Shown: piece after piece, positions 44,617-53,731 of the stretch | Layout: each line of letters opens with the position of its first letter | Numbering within the stretch: position 1 is the first letter of the stretch | Assembly (NCBI GenBank): GCA_034520885.1 | Contig: JAXHNE010000003.1 | Coordinates: 22,073 to 86,072 of the forward strand | DNA length: 64,000 nucleotides | Direction of reading: 5' to 3' | DNA from: Candidatus Saccharimonadota bacterium | GTDB taxonomy: Bacteria; Patescibacteriota; Saccharimonadia; Saccharimonadales; JAXHNE01 | Translations under genes and position numbers: made by a program | Notes under the pieces: model-generated | What the model was told of the DNA's origin: nothing | What the model saw: only the letters and a program-made list of their open reading frames with translations | Databases searched by the model: none

Positions 44617-45378
44617 ATGAAGAAAAACACCCAACGCTCATTACAAAAGCTAAATATAATTGCCGGAACTTTCCACTCAGTACTTGCTCTAGGAATATTG
44701 TATTTTTCCAATTCATTTTCGCTCCCCGTTACCGCGACGTACTTGGCGGGCCCGCCCGGCTCGGCTTTCACGGATCCTGTCGTACTGTTTAGCGTCCGAA
44801 TTGGCTACGCGGTTGCGTTGTTTTTGGCGCTGTCGGCTACCTTTCACTTTATTGTTGCTTCTAAAACCTTTTTTAAGCGTTATATCGGCGGCTTACATAA
44901 CAAAATCAATGTTTTTCGGTGGGTAGAATACTCAATTAGTTCTACGCTGATGATCTTGCTGATTGCCCAAATTACTGGAATTAGTAATTATGGGGCGTTA
45001 CTAGCAATTGCCGGTGCGAACGCCTCTATGATTTTATTTGGCTGGCTGCAGGAAAAATATGAATCTCCAGGGTCTGGTGGGTGGTTGCCGTTTATTTTTG
45101 GGTGTATAGCCGGGATTGTCCCATGGTTAGTTGTTCTTATTGCCGTGCTTTCACCAGGCTCACCATCAAGCGCTACGCCGCCGGCCTTTGTCTACGGGAT
45201 AATCGTTTCTATTTTTGTGCTGTTTAACTCTTTTGCGCTAATACAGTACAAGCAGTACAAAGCCAAAGGGAAGTGGAAGGACTACCTAAGGGGTGAGCGA
45301 GCCTACGTTATCTTGAGCTTTACCGCCAAAGCTGCGCTTGCTATCCAGATTTTTGCCAACACCCTGATACCGAACTAA
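44617..45378 (+). CDS. heliorhodopsin
   Basis: 7-TM protein. Long stretches match my recollection of the 48C12 prototype: FHF.V.S..FFKRY, FRWVEYS, NASMILFGWLQEKY, FGCIAGIVPW, FVYGII, FNSFAL, KGKW..YLRGERAY. The retinal lysine lies in SFTAKAALAIQIF. Confidence 0.85.
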   Translation: MKKNTQRSLQKLNIIAGTFHSVLALGILYFSNSFSLPVTATYLAGPPGSAFTDPVVLFSVRIGYAVALFLALSATFHFIVASKTFFKRYIGGLHNKINVFRWVEYSISSTLMILLIAQITGISNYGALLAIAGANASMILFGWLQEKYESPGSGGWLPFIFGCIAGIVPWLVVLIAVLSPGSPSSATPPAFVYGIIVSIFVLFNSFALIQYKQYKAKGKWKDYLRGERAYVILSFTAKAALAIQIFANTLIPN

Positions 45379-45445
45379 ATAACATAGGTGGGTAAACCTA
45401 CCGTGTTGGTACAAGAATTAATGTTTTTGTTCCAAATATAACTAG

Positions 45446-45468
45446 TGTACAAGGTTCAACCTTGTACA
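45446..45468. repeat. 23-bp palindrome, copy 2 (centre C instead of G)
   Basis: TGTACAAGGTTCAACCTTGTACA, preceded by an ATATAACTAG half-site of the 24-bp palindrome. Confidence 0.85.
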
Positions 45469-45493
45469 TGTATGTGGGTATCGTTGGGAAAAG

Positions 45494-45517
45494 TGTTATA
45501 TAACTAGTTATATAACA
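45494..45517. repeat. 24-bp palindrome, copy 3
   Basis: Identical sequence, between convergent gene ends. Confidence 0.9.
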
Positions 45518-45527
45518 ACGAAATTCA

Positions 45528-46343
45528 CTATGTGAGTTCGTAGAGTTTTGACAGGGAAGGGGGTTGGCAGATTTTGTCGTGGTTGCCGGTGATGAGCTTC
45601 AACCGGTGCGGTTTGACGGCATTTTCCGTGATCTCCCGCCTGTCTTGGGCACGGTGCACGTGGCTGTCTTTGGATAGTACCAACGTAAGCGGCGGGTTGC
45701 TGCTATCGGCAACGTACTCCATGACTTGCTTTTTAAAGCGATCACTGGCCCAGTAACGGGCTCGTTTTTCGAACATACTACCCGTGGCGAAGTACTGCTC
45801 ACGATCCATGGGTGTCCACCACCCGCGCGAAATTCGGTGCCGATACGCCACGACATGCTTTAAGAAGGCATGCGGTACGGCCAATACGTTGTTGAGCATC
45901 CCGTGAGGTCGCAACCCGCTGGGTTCGACCAAAACGACTCCGGAGCATCCACTTCCCGACGCGGAAGCCGCGGCCAGTGCCGCGCTGCCACCGGCCGACG
46001 ACCCGCCAAGAACGTAGTTCCCACTTTGGTGGTTAGCAGCGAGGATCCGTTCAACCGCCTGGTGGTAGATTTGGGCGAACTGAAAATCACCCACACGGGA
46101 CATACGCTTTTTTTCGGCTTTGGATAATTGGTTGTCGCTGGCGCCGCCGGACGCAATGCGATCCGCGAACAACACCGCTCCGTACACCTTACGCTCCAGC
46201 ACCATATCGGCCAGATACTCGGAAAAAATTGAGCTCGCGCCGGACCGCCACTGATTAAATAACACTAGCGTGGGTTTATTTCCGTTTTGGGACGCGTATA
46301 ACGTCCCGGCGACTCGTTCGTGTTTAACTTTTTTTGCTTTCAC
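45528..46343 (-). CDS. alpha/beta hydrolase-like protein
   Basis: GGSSAGGSAA nucleophile-elbow-like motif. Confidence 0.5.
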   Translation of the reverse strand: MKAKKVKHERVAGTLYASQNGNKPTLVLFNQWRSGASSIFSEYLADMVLERKVYGAVLFADRIASGGASDNQLSKAEKKRMSRVGDFQFAQIYHQAVERILAANHQSGNYVLGGSSAGGSAALAAASASGSGCSGVVLVEPSGLRPHGMLNNVLAVPHAFLKHVVAYRHRISRGWWTPMDREQYFATGSMFEKRARYWASDRFKKQVMEYVADSSNPPLTLVLSKDSHVHRAQDRREITENAVKPHRLKLITGNHDKICQPPSLSKLYELT

Positions 46344-46398
46344 CCCACTTATACTAGCATTTTACCGCCCGCGTGAAACGAGCTGTTATTATGAAAGC

Positions 46399-46740
46399 AT
46401 GCGAAACCTAGATAAACTTTCTTTCGAGCCGGCCGGGTCTTACGCCCGGGCACCACTGTATGACGAGGGCGGTAATCGGGTTCAAGTCGTCAAGGTTCCG
46501 CCGAAAGCGACCGTCCGCCCGCATTACCACGAGCAACGTACGGAAGTATTCATTATTCTGCGGGGCCAGGGAAGGATTATGATCAACGACCAAATAGCAG
46601 CCCGAAACGTCCATGATTTTGCGATATGCCGCCCACAAGACGTACACGCCGTAGTTAACGAAGGTGACGACGACATGCTTATCGGTGTCAGCGCGTTCGG
46701 CTACCAACAAGGCGACTCCACGGCGGCAAAGGAGGAGTAA
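46399..46740 (+). CDS. cupin domain protein
   Basis: HYHEQRTEVFIILRGQG...H cupin motifs. Start set at the in-frame ATG 46399 (MRNLDK) rather than the track start, which overlaps the upstream gene. Confidence 0.7.
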   Translation: MRNLDKLSFEPAGSYARAPLYDEGGNRVQVVKVPPKATVRPHYHEQRTEVFIILRGQGRIMINDQIAARNVHDFAICRPQDVHAVVNEGDDDMLIGVSAFGYQQGDSTAAKEE

Positions 46741-47120
46741 TGGAAATTTCAGTTAAAACCACCCAAAAACGCGAGATGATTGATATTACCGATCAAATTG
46801 CCAGGCACGTCTCGCAAAAAAACGGTGTATTGCATATGTTCGTTCGCCATACCACGGCGGCAATTTCCACGGCGGACATGGATCCCGGTGGTACGGATTT
46901 GGATTACCTGGACGCTTTCGACAAAATTATCCCACGGCTGGAATATCGCCACCCGCATGACCCGGCGCACATGCCCGATCACATACTGGCTACGATTATC
47001 GGCCCGTCACTTTCCGTACCCGTGGTGGACGGTAAGCTTCAACTGGGAACGTGGCAGCGATTGGTGCTCATAGAGTGCGACGGCCCGCGCGAACGATCCG
47101 TCGTCATTACCGAGTCGTAA
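46740..47120 (+). CDS. YjbQ/UPF0047 family protein
   Basis: HTTAAISTADMDPG, YRHPHDPAHMPDH and LQLGTWQRLVLIECDGPRER motifs. Confidence 0.85.
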   Translation: MEISVKTTQKREMIDITDQIARHVSQKNGVLHMFVRHTTAAISTADMDPGGTDLDYLDAFDKIIPRLEYRHPHDPAHMPDHILATIIGPSLSVPVVDGKLQLGTWQRLVLIECDGPRERSVVITES

Positions 47121-48024
47121 ACTCGTCCTGATCCTTGGCAATACCGCGTTTTTCCAGAAAGATAATGAGCGAGTAGCCCACCAGGAACAAGCCGACGGCC
47201 ACTAAAAGCGACCAATTTGCCGAAGGCAAGTAGGGGTGAAAGCTCGCGTAGCCGTCACCGGTTTGCCACGGCCACACCCGGCGTAATGATCCCAACATAA
47301 CGCCCACCAAAAACACCAAAGTCGCCGCGTGGTACTTCTTGAGCAACCAACTGAGCGCGCGCGAGAATACCGCCAACCCCGCTAACGCTCCCAAGGCGAA
47401 AACACCCATCAGTAAAACGTCCAGCCGGCTGACGGCGTTAATCACCGTTTCGTACTGCCCGAGCAACACCATAATTAATGACCCTGAAATACCGGGTAAG
47501 ATCATGGCGCTAATCGCGATCATGCCGGTCGCGAATATCGCGGCTTCTCCTTCCGATCCGCCCAAAGCCGGTAGCCCTACGATAAAATAGGTTATGAAAA
47601 ACCCGGCGGCGAGTAGCAAAACCCGGGAGCCGTTCCAGGCGGCAACCCGCCGGGACACCACGTACGCCGAGCCCAGAATCAGTCCGAAAAACAGCGACCA
47701 CACCAACACCGGATGAGCCTCCAACAGATAAGAGATAATGCGCACCAAACTAAAAATAGCCAATAAAATACCCATGAATAGCGGTAACAAGAACCCCAGT
47801 GGTACGGCACGGAGCGCTGCCTTGAACTTGCCTCGCAGTAATAACCGCGGCACGTCGCCGGTCACAATTTTAATGCTTTTTAACAGTTCTTCGTATACGC
47901 CGTACAAGAGCGCGATGGTGCCGCCGGAAACTCCGGGCACTAGGTCGGCCAGTCCCATGGAAAATCCGGTAAACACCAACTTTCCGCGCCGGTCGTTTTT
48001 TGCGGGTTTTTTGGCTTTTTTCAT
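47107..48024 (-). CDS. DUF368 family membrane protein (PopT-like polyprenyl-phosphate transporter family)
   Basis: LVPGVSGGTIALLYGVYEEL and LPGISGSLIMVLLG repeats. Confidence 0.75.
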   Translation of the reverse strand: MKKAKKPAKNDRRGKLVFTGFSMGLADLVPGVSGGTIALLYGVYEELLKSIKIVTGDVPRLLLRGKFKAALRAVPLGFLLPLFMGILLAIFSLVRIISYLLEAHPVLVWSLFFGLILGSAYVVSRRVAAWNGSRVLLLAAGFFITYFIVGLPALGGSEGEAAIFATGMIAISAMILPGISGSLIMVLLGQYETVINAVSRLDVLLMGVFALGALAGLAVFSRALSWLLKKYHAATLVFLVGVMLGSLRRVWPWQTGDGYASFHPYLPSANWSLLVAVGLFLVGYSLIIFLEKRGIAKDQDEFTTR

Positions 48025-48102
48025 ACCTGTTTGCCAGTATACAGCACTTTACGATCCGAGACATTTGCTATTATGTAGTTACGATTAAACGAGGAGGGTG
48101 AA

Positions 48103-48294
48103 ATGTCCAAAGCCAAGAAAGCCAGTGAAAGCTCCGGCGGAATGTTGTATTTCGTGGGATTTATCGGCGCGTTTTTGTATTACATGCAGGCGGCAACCGG
48201 TATCGTTACGGTGTTAACCGGGTTATTAAAAGCTCTTGTTTGGCCGGCGATTATCGTCTATAAGTTTTTGGAAAACTTTTACGGCCTGGTATAA
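48103..48294 (+). CDS. hypothetical small membrane protein (63 aa)
   Basis: GAGGAGGG RBS; two hydrophobic helices. Confidence 0.35.
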   Translation: MSKAKKASESSGGMLYFVGFIGAFLYYMQAATGIVTVLTGLLKALVWPAIIVYKFLENFYGLV

Positions 48295-48313
48295 ACACAG
48301 GAAGGGGGCGGCT

Positions 48314-48871
48314 TTGCACCGAATTGACGAAGCCTTCGCGGCGGTAAAACGCCGTCATTTTTTGCCGAAAACCAAACGGGCGTTGAGTTTTGCGGACGCA
48401 CCGCTTTCTATCGGGTACGGGCAAACCAATTCGCAACCGTACACCGTGCGTTTATTGTTGGAGTGGCTCGACCCTCGTCCGGGAGAAAAAGTGCAAGACA
48501 TCGGTTCCGGCTCCGGCTGGACGACGGCGCTACTGGCTCACCTGGTGGGGAGCCAAGGCTACGTCCATGCCGTGGAAAAAGTACCGGAGCTCGTGCAGTT
48601 CGGCCGGGAAAACTGCCAAAAAGCCGGCATCAAAAACGCCACCTTTTATCAGGCGGGCGATGAACTCGGCTTGCCGGACAAAGCACCCTTTGATCGAATT
48701 TTAGTCAGTGCCGCCGCGGACAAGCTCCCCGGACGGCTTCTCGAGCAACTGGCCGCTCCCGGAAGACTCGTGGTGCCCGTCCAAAACGATGTTTACGTCG
48801 TAGACAAGAACGCTTCGGGGCGGGTCAGTAAAACCTCCCACGGGGGTTTTGCGTTCGTACCGCTACGGTAA
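48314..48871 (+). CDS. pcm: protein-L-isoaspartate O-methyltransferase
   Basis: GYGQTNSQPYTV and VQDIGSGSGWTTALLAHLVG motifs. TTG start after GAAGGGGG was chosen instead of the overlapping track start at 48236. Confidence 0.8.
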   Translation: MHRIDEAFAAVKRRHFLPKTKRALSFADAPLSIGYGQTNSQPYTVRLLLEWLDPRPGEKVQDIGSGSGWTTALLAHLVGSQGYVHAVEKVPELVQFGRENCQKAGIKNATFYQAGDELGLPDKAPFDRILVSAAADKLPGRLLEQLAAPGRLVVPVQNDVYVVDKNASGRVSKTSHGGFAFVPLR

Positions 48872-48879
48872 TCTACCCG

Positions 48880-49260
48880 TTAACGTATATATTGAAAAAC
48901 CTCAAGGGCGACCACTATCGCCCAAACGCTGAGCCCAATGGCGATGACGTTAAATAAGGCCTTTTTGGAGGCTTTGAAGTGGCGCAAACGAAACGCCGCC
49001 ATAAGCACGGTAAGGCCGCCGAAAAAGAACGCGATAACCACCACCGGCAAGGCCAATAATCCGCCGACGGCACTCCCGCCGAACTCGGAAATTCGTGCTT
49101 CCGCGTCCGAAGAACCCTCCGTTACTCCCGGTTTTCTCGTAAGCAGGGTAGCAATGCCGGCGGCGGACAGCGCAATAAAGGAAAGAAAAATGGTCAGTAA
49201 CCCGCCTTTGTGCCGCTTGGGAAGCTCGGGAGCTCCCGCCTCCGCAGTGTGCTCACTCAT
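48880..49260 (-). CDS. hypothetical membrane protein (126 aa)
   Basis: Four hydrophobic helices; no motif recognised. Confidence 0.45.
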   Translation of the reverse strand: MSEHTAEAGAPELPKRHKGGLLTIFLSFIALSAAGIATLLTRKPGVTEGSSDAEARISEFGGSAVGGLLALPVVVIAFFFGGLTVLMAAFRLRHFKASKKALFNVIAIGLSVWAIVVALEVFQYIR

Positions 49261-49338
49261 ATACCCATAATACCACCAAAATAAGCGAAAGGGGTATTTC
49301 GTAAAAAGCCCTCCTCATCTACAATACACTCCATACAT

Positions 49339-50256
49339 ATGAAAACCGTACTCGCCTTACTTACCGTCACCCTGGCCGAAGCGACTATCGGTGTTTTCGT
49401 AAAATTAGTGAGCGATGACGTGCCCATTTTGGCACTGAACTTTTACCGCGTGCTGTTCGCGACCGTATTTTTGGCGATCGCCTTGGCGGTAACAGGTAAG
49501 AAGTTTTGGAAGTTTCCCGATCACAACGCCAGAGACGTACTTTTGATCGCCGCTTTGATCGGCTCCCAAATCAGCTTATACAACTGGGCGATTAGCCTCA
49601 CCACCATTGCCAACGCCGTGGTGTTTTGGAGTATCGCGCCGTTTTTCGTGTTTATATTTTCCTGGGCGTTCTTGGACGAACCCGCCAAAAAACAATACGT
49701 ACTGATATTTTTGGTGGCTTTCCTGGGACTCTTTATCGCCGAGCCGTTCGGTGGCGGGCATGTTACCGGCAACCTCATTGCTTTGTTGACGGGCGCGGTT
49801 TACGCCGGAGCGATCACCTACATGCGCCACGAGGGCAAGGAAGAGACGGGTACCGACGTGTTCTGGTATTTACTAATCGCCGTGGTGTATTTGCTCCCGG
49901 GTATATTCATAAGCGGCACCGGACCGATCACCGAAATAAGCAAGCACGGTTTGTTCGGCCTTCCGGTTCCCATTATTTTTTGGGCGGTATGTTTGGGCGT
50001 AATTTCTACCGGTTTGGCCTACTTTTTCATCAGCGTGGTGTTGCGAACCGTCAGTGCGAACGTCTACTCCTTAGTGGACATTATTGTGTCGCCGCTAGTC
50101 GCGGCATTGCTGGGTTACTTGGTGTTGGCCGAAGTACCTTCCGTCGAGTTGGTTTATGGTGGCGTTCTTTTACTGGGATCGGGCTTTTGGCTCACCCGGG
50201 CCATGTCTCAGGCGGAAAAGAAGAAAATGCCGCCACCAACTAGTAACCCGCGTTAG
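49339..50256 (+). CDS. EamA/DMT-family transporter
   Basis: 10-TM duplicated EamA-like topology. Confidence 0.75.
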   Translation: MKTVLALLTVTLAEATIGVFVKLVSDDVPILALNFYRVLFATVFLAIALAVTGKKFWKFPDHNARDVLLIAALIGSQISLYNWAISLTTIANAVVFWSIAPFFVFIFSWAFLDEPAKKQYVLIFLVAFLGLFIAEPFGGGHVTGNLIALLTGAVYAGAITYMRHEGKEETGTDVFWYLLIAVVYLLPGIFISGTGPITEISKHGLFGLPVPIIFWAVCLGVISTGLAYFFISVVLRTVSANVYSLVDIIVSPLVAALLGYLVLAEVPSVELVYGGVLLLGSGFWLTRAMSQAEKKKMPPPTSNPR

Positions 50257-50280
50257 TGTTATATAACTAGTTATATAACA
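50257..50280. repeat. 24-bp palindrome, copy 4
   Basis: Starts at the base after the EamA stop codon. Confidence 0.9.
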
Positions 50281-50338
50281 ACGTATGAAGATGCGCGCGG
50301 ATTCGTATAATTTTTCATATAAGTCCGAACACCGGGCG

Positions 50339-50722
50339 TTATTTGCGCCAACGTTTTTCAATGGCGTGGATGTGCTCGTGATCCAGCCCGTAGTAGTGAG
50401 CGATTTCGTGCCACAGCGTATGCTTAACGTTGGATTTGAGCTGAACTTCGTCGGCGCTTACGTGCAAAATCGGCTTTTTAAACAGCGTAATTTTATCCGG
50501 TAACACCAAGTTATTTATGCCGCCGCGGCTGGTACGGGGAACGCCTTCGTACAAGCCGAAAAGCAGGGAATCGCAGCGGAGTTTGAGTTTTTCGCGTTGC
50601 CCGGGACTAGGCTCGTCTTCGTAGGTAATGGCCACATTATCCAGTCCGGCAATGTACTTTTGAGGCAACTCATCCATGGTCAGGTTAATAATTTCTTCGA
50701 ACCGTTCGTCGCTTACGTGCAT
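50339..50722 (-). CDS. zincin-like metallopeptidase family protein (DUF1025-like)
   Basis: HTLWHEIAHYYGLDHEHI motif. Confidence 0.7.
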   Translation of the reverse strand: MHVSDERFEEIINLTMDELPQKYIAGLDNVAITYEDEPSPGQREKLKLRCDSLLFGLYEGVPRTSRGGINNLVLPDKITLFKKPILHVSADEVQLKSNVKHTLWHEIAHYYGLDHEHIHAIEKRWRK

Positions 50723-50735
50723 GGATTATACTCGG

Positions 50736-51386
50736 TTACTCTTCATTTTGGTTGGTTTCCGCGTGTTTGCGCTTGCCGCGTATCGCGAGCAAAGCCAATA
50801 AGCCGAGGATCCCGGCTCCGACCACAAGGATTACACCGATATTTATGCCGGAGTCCCCCGTGCTGGCCGCATGAGGACTCACTACGCCTTGACCGACCGT
50901 GTCGGCTCGTACGTTGCCCCCGTCCGGCCGTTCACGCACCGACCCGTCTTCATTTAGTGTGACAACTTCAAGCCGCGAAGGTCGGCCTTCCTCCGGTGTT
51001 GTCACCGTTATACGCCGTACGTCAGTTCGCTTGGCAGTGCCGTTATTCGTGGCACGTAGAGAATACTCGTAAGCGCCATCTTCCGGCACTTCGACGCGGA
51101 ATTCGCCGTCTCCGCCACCACGGGGCGCGGTTTCCGACTGAACGCGGTCATCACCCCGCAGTAAATCGACGCGTATTTCCAGGAATTCGTCCGTCACCAG
51201 TACGTTGTACGGTAGTATAAAAGAGCGGGAGCCGACATTCACTACCGGGTCATTCATAACGATCTTCCAGTATGCTTGAGCCGACACGCCAGGGTGCAGC
51301 AATCCGGCACTGAGCAGTACGGCCACCGCAACCGTAGTGAACCGGCTGAAAAATCCCCGTAGGCTTACCGTGTTCATGGTTTTCAT
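50736..51386 (-). CDS. exported protein with C-terminal membrane anchor
   Basis: N-terminal signal-like segment; C-terminal INIGVILVVGAGILGLLALLAIRGKRK. Confidence 0.45.
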   Translation of the reverse strand: MKTMNTVSLRGFFSRFTTVAVAVLLSAGLLHPGVSAQAYWKIVMNDPVVNVGSRSFILPYNVLVTDEFLEIRVDLLRGDDRVQSETAPRGGGDGEFRVEVPEDGAYEYSLRATNNGTAKRTDVRRITVTTPEEGRPSRLEVVTLNEDGSVRERPDGGNVRADTVGQGVVSPHAASTGDSGINIGVILVVGAGILGLLALLAIRGKRKHAETNQNEE

Positions 51387-51564
51387 ATGGGTTTAGTATA
51401 CAAGTTATCGCCTACCGTATTCCACTATGAATTATAAAAATCCGACACGACGCGATCACACCCAACTCAGATTTTCATTGCAGTTTTAGGGTAGATTGAG
51501 AATCTTTTGCAGTTTAATGCGTGAATGATTATCGTAAATCCATGAACATAATTCAGGAGAACAC

Positions 51565-52482
51565 ATGGCAGATTACATAGACGTACTACTTTTTTCCGCG
51601 GCGGGAGGACTTATCTCCTTGGTCGGCGGACTATTTTTACTACGCAATAACAAACGGGCCACTCACATGGTGTCCTACGCGACCCCATTTGCCGCCGGCG
51701 CGTTACTGGCCGCGGCGTTTTTGGACTTACTCCCCGAGGCCGCGCATCAAGGCAACATTGAACACGCACTGCGGGCGACCGTGGCGGGAATTATTTTGTT
51801 CTTTTTGTTGGAGCGGTTTTTACGCTGGTTCCACCACCATCACGACGAAAAAGACAAACCGCACAAAGACGCCAACGCCAGCCTCATCGTCGCCGGCGAC
51901 ACCCTGCACAACTTCATTGATGGTATCGCCATTGCCGCCGGCTTTTTGGTCAGCGTGCCGAGCGGTATTATCGTAACGCTGGCCGTCGCGGCGCACGAAA
52001 TACCCCAAGAGATCGGCGATTTCGCGTTGCTTCTTAAAAAAGGGTACAGCAAACGGAAGGTGGTTATCGTAAACTTGCTTTCCGCGGTGGCAACCGTGGT
52101 GGCCGCACTGGCCTTCTTCCGTATCGGTGAGGCGGGGCTAAGTTACTTGGACATCGTACTGGGGCTTACCGCCGGGTTCTTCATCTACATAGCCGTGAGC
52201 GACATTATTCCCGAAATACATAGACACGAAACCCGCCGAATCGCCGGTCCGCACACTTTGTTGCTCATTGGAGGGCTCTTGACCGTCGGATTGGTGACCA
52301 CCACGCTACACGATTACATTGACACCCACCGTCATGAACACGAGTCAAGCCAACACGAACGCGAGGAAGCACATCATGATGAACATGAAGCGGGTGAAGA
52401 GCACCATGAAGAGCATAATGAAGACCACGAAGCTCACGATGAAGCGCATGAGCCGGAGCCCCCACACGAACACCAACATTAA
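51565..52482 (+). CDS. ZIP-family metal transporter with His/Glu-rich C-terminal tail
   Basis: HNFIDGIAIAAGF and HEIPQEIGDFALL motifs; tail HEHESSQHEREEAHHDEHEAGEEHHEEH... Confidence 0.85.
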   Translation: MADYIDVLLFSAAGGLISLVGGLFLLRNNKRATHMVSYATPFAAGALLAAAFLDLLPEAAHQGNIEHALRATVAGIILFFLLERFLRWFHHHHDEKDKPHKDANASLIVAGDTLHNFIDGIAIAAGFLVSVPSGIIVTLAVAAHEIPQEIGDFALLLKKGYSKRKVVIVNLLSAVATVVAALAFFRIGEAGLSYLDIVLGLTAGFFIYIAVSDIIPEIHRHETRRIAGPHTLLLIGGLLTVGLVTTTLHDYIDTHRHEHESSQHEREEAHHDEHEAGEEHHEEHNEDHEAHDEAHEPEPPHEHQH

Positions 52483-52530
52483 ACCGTAAGTTGCGTGTTT
52501 GGCCGACGAACGCTAGTATAAAGCGTAAGC

Positions 52531-53169
52531 ATGTCCGCCGAAGAACCATTCGAAGAACAATTCAGCGATATTGACCGCGTCCCATTGAATGTCATAGAAC
52601 ACATGAGCGGGTACTGGAAGTTGGTCGCCGAACGAAAAAAACGCCAACATGACGTCAGCATTAAACGTATCGTGCTCGGGCAAATCATCACCATAGTGGT
52701 GGTCGGCCTGAGCGCGCTGTTAATTGAAGACCGGCAAGGCTTTTTGCTGATCGGTTCCACCTTGCTTTTGTACCCGGCATTGACGGATTTACTGCTGTCC
52801 AGCGGCGCGGTGCTCAGCGCCAACGTGCACCACGAACTCGATATCCAAGACGAGTCGCCGTATCGATTCGGCTTATTCGCCATTCTCAGGTCTATTTTTA
52901 GTACTACCGTGGCCGGCTTGGTCGTCGGATCGGTAGCCGGAGCGATCGGCTTATTCGTCCTGGACATCGCCTTCTTGGAAACCATCAAGCTGGCCTTGCT
53001 CGCCACGAGTATCTCCGCGGCCTTCGGGCTACCGCTGGTACTTTTTATGACGTTTATCATACGCAAGGCACGCGCCAATCCCGATGACATAATTCCCGCG
53101 CTCCAAAGCAGCGTTTTTAACGTACTTATGTTGTTTTCAATCGCCATCTCGGCCAGGATTTTGGCATGA
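52531..53169 (+). CDS. MgtE-like divalent cation transporter, membrane domain only (subunit 1)
   Basis: LLLYPALTDLLLSSGAVLSA and NPDDIIPALQSSVFNVL resemble the MgtE TM domain. Confidence 0.55.
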   Translation: MSAEEPFEEQFSDIDRVPLNVIEHMSGYWKLVAERKKRQHDVSIKRIVLGQIITIVVVGLSALLIEDRQGFLLIGSTLLLYPALTDLLLSSGAVLSANVHHELDIQDESPYRFGLFAILRSIFSTTVAGLVVGSVAGAIGLFVLDIAFLETIKLALLATSISAAFGLPLVLFMTFIIRKARANPDDIIPALQSSVFNVLMLFSIAISARILA

Positions 53170-53702
53170 AACCGGCCATTCCGCACAACAAACTGATCGC
53201 CGCGATTATACTTTCCGGCGTGCTGGCCTCCGTCGGGCTTATCGGCGGGCTGGGAATTCAGTTGGTACGGCGGGAAATATTGAGCTTTCTGCCGCTGTTA
53301 ATCGCTTTGCCGGCCATGAACGCCATGGCGGGGGACTACGCCACCTTAACGGCCTCCCACTTGGGCGACCCGGAGAATTATAAGAAACGCACGCAAAAAC
53401 TGGTTATCGCCCTTTTGGTGAGTTTTCCGGTAAGCGCTTTGGGCGTCAGCGGCTTGAGCCTGGGAGTGGCGCATCTGAAAGGCTTCGTTATCACTACCGA
53501 ACTGGCATTGGAATATACACGACTGATTTTTACGACCCTGGGCGTGGTGATCGTGGCAATGTTCGCCATTATCTATCTGGCCAAACTGCTTTTGGAGCAC
53601 CAGCGAATCAACATTGACGACACCTTAATTCCCATAGCCAACACCATTGCTTCGGTACTATTGCTGACCGGATTTGCCATAATGAGCGCCCGTCTCGTTT
53701 AG
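53166..53702 (+). CDS. MgtE-like divalent cation transporter, membrane domain only (subunit 2)
   Basis: LIALPAMNAMAGDYATL and IDDTLIPIANTIASVL motifs; ATGA overlap with subunit 1. Confidence 0.55.
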   Translation: MKPAIPHNKLIAAIILSGVLASVGLIGGLGIQLVRREILSFLPLLIALPAMNAMAGDYATLTASHLGDPENYKKRTQKLVIALLVSFPVSALGVSGLSLGVAHLKGFVITTELALEYTRLIFTTLGVVIVAMFAIIYLAKLLLEHQRINIDDTLIPIANTIASVLLLTGFAIMSARLV

Positions 53703-53731
53703 TTTTCCGCGTACACTGCTAAAATACCCGT

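Noticed and set aside
49626-50243. A 205-aa alternative-frame ORF inside the EamA transporter gene.
   Set aside because: It is an Arg/Gly-rich frame-shifted translation, whereas the EamA frame gives a coherent 10-TM protein.
51521-51545. A possible Zur/Fur box (ATGATTATCGTAAATCCAT) upstream of the ZIP transporter.
   Set aside because: The inverted symmetry is imperfect (ATGATT versus AATCCAT) and it does not match any consensus I can state with confidence.
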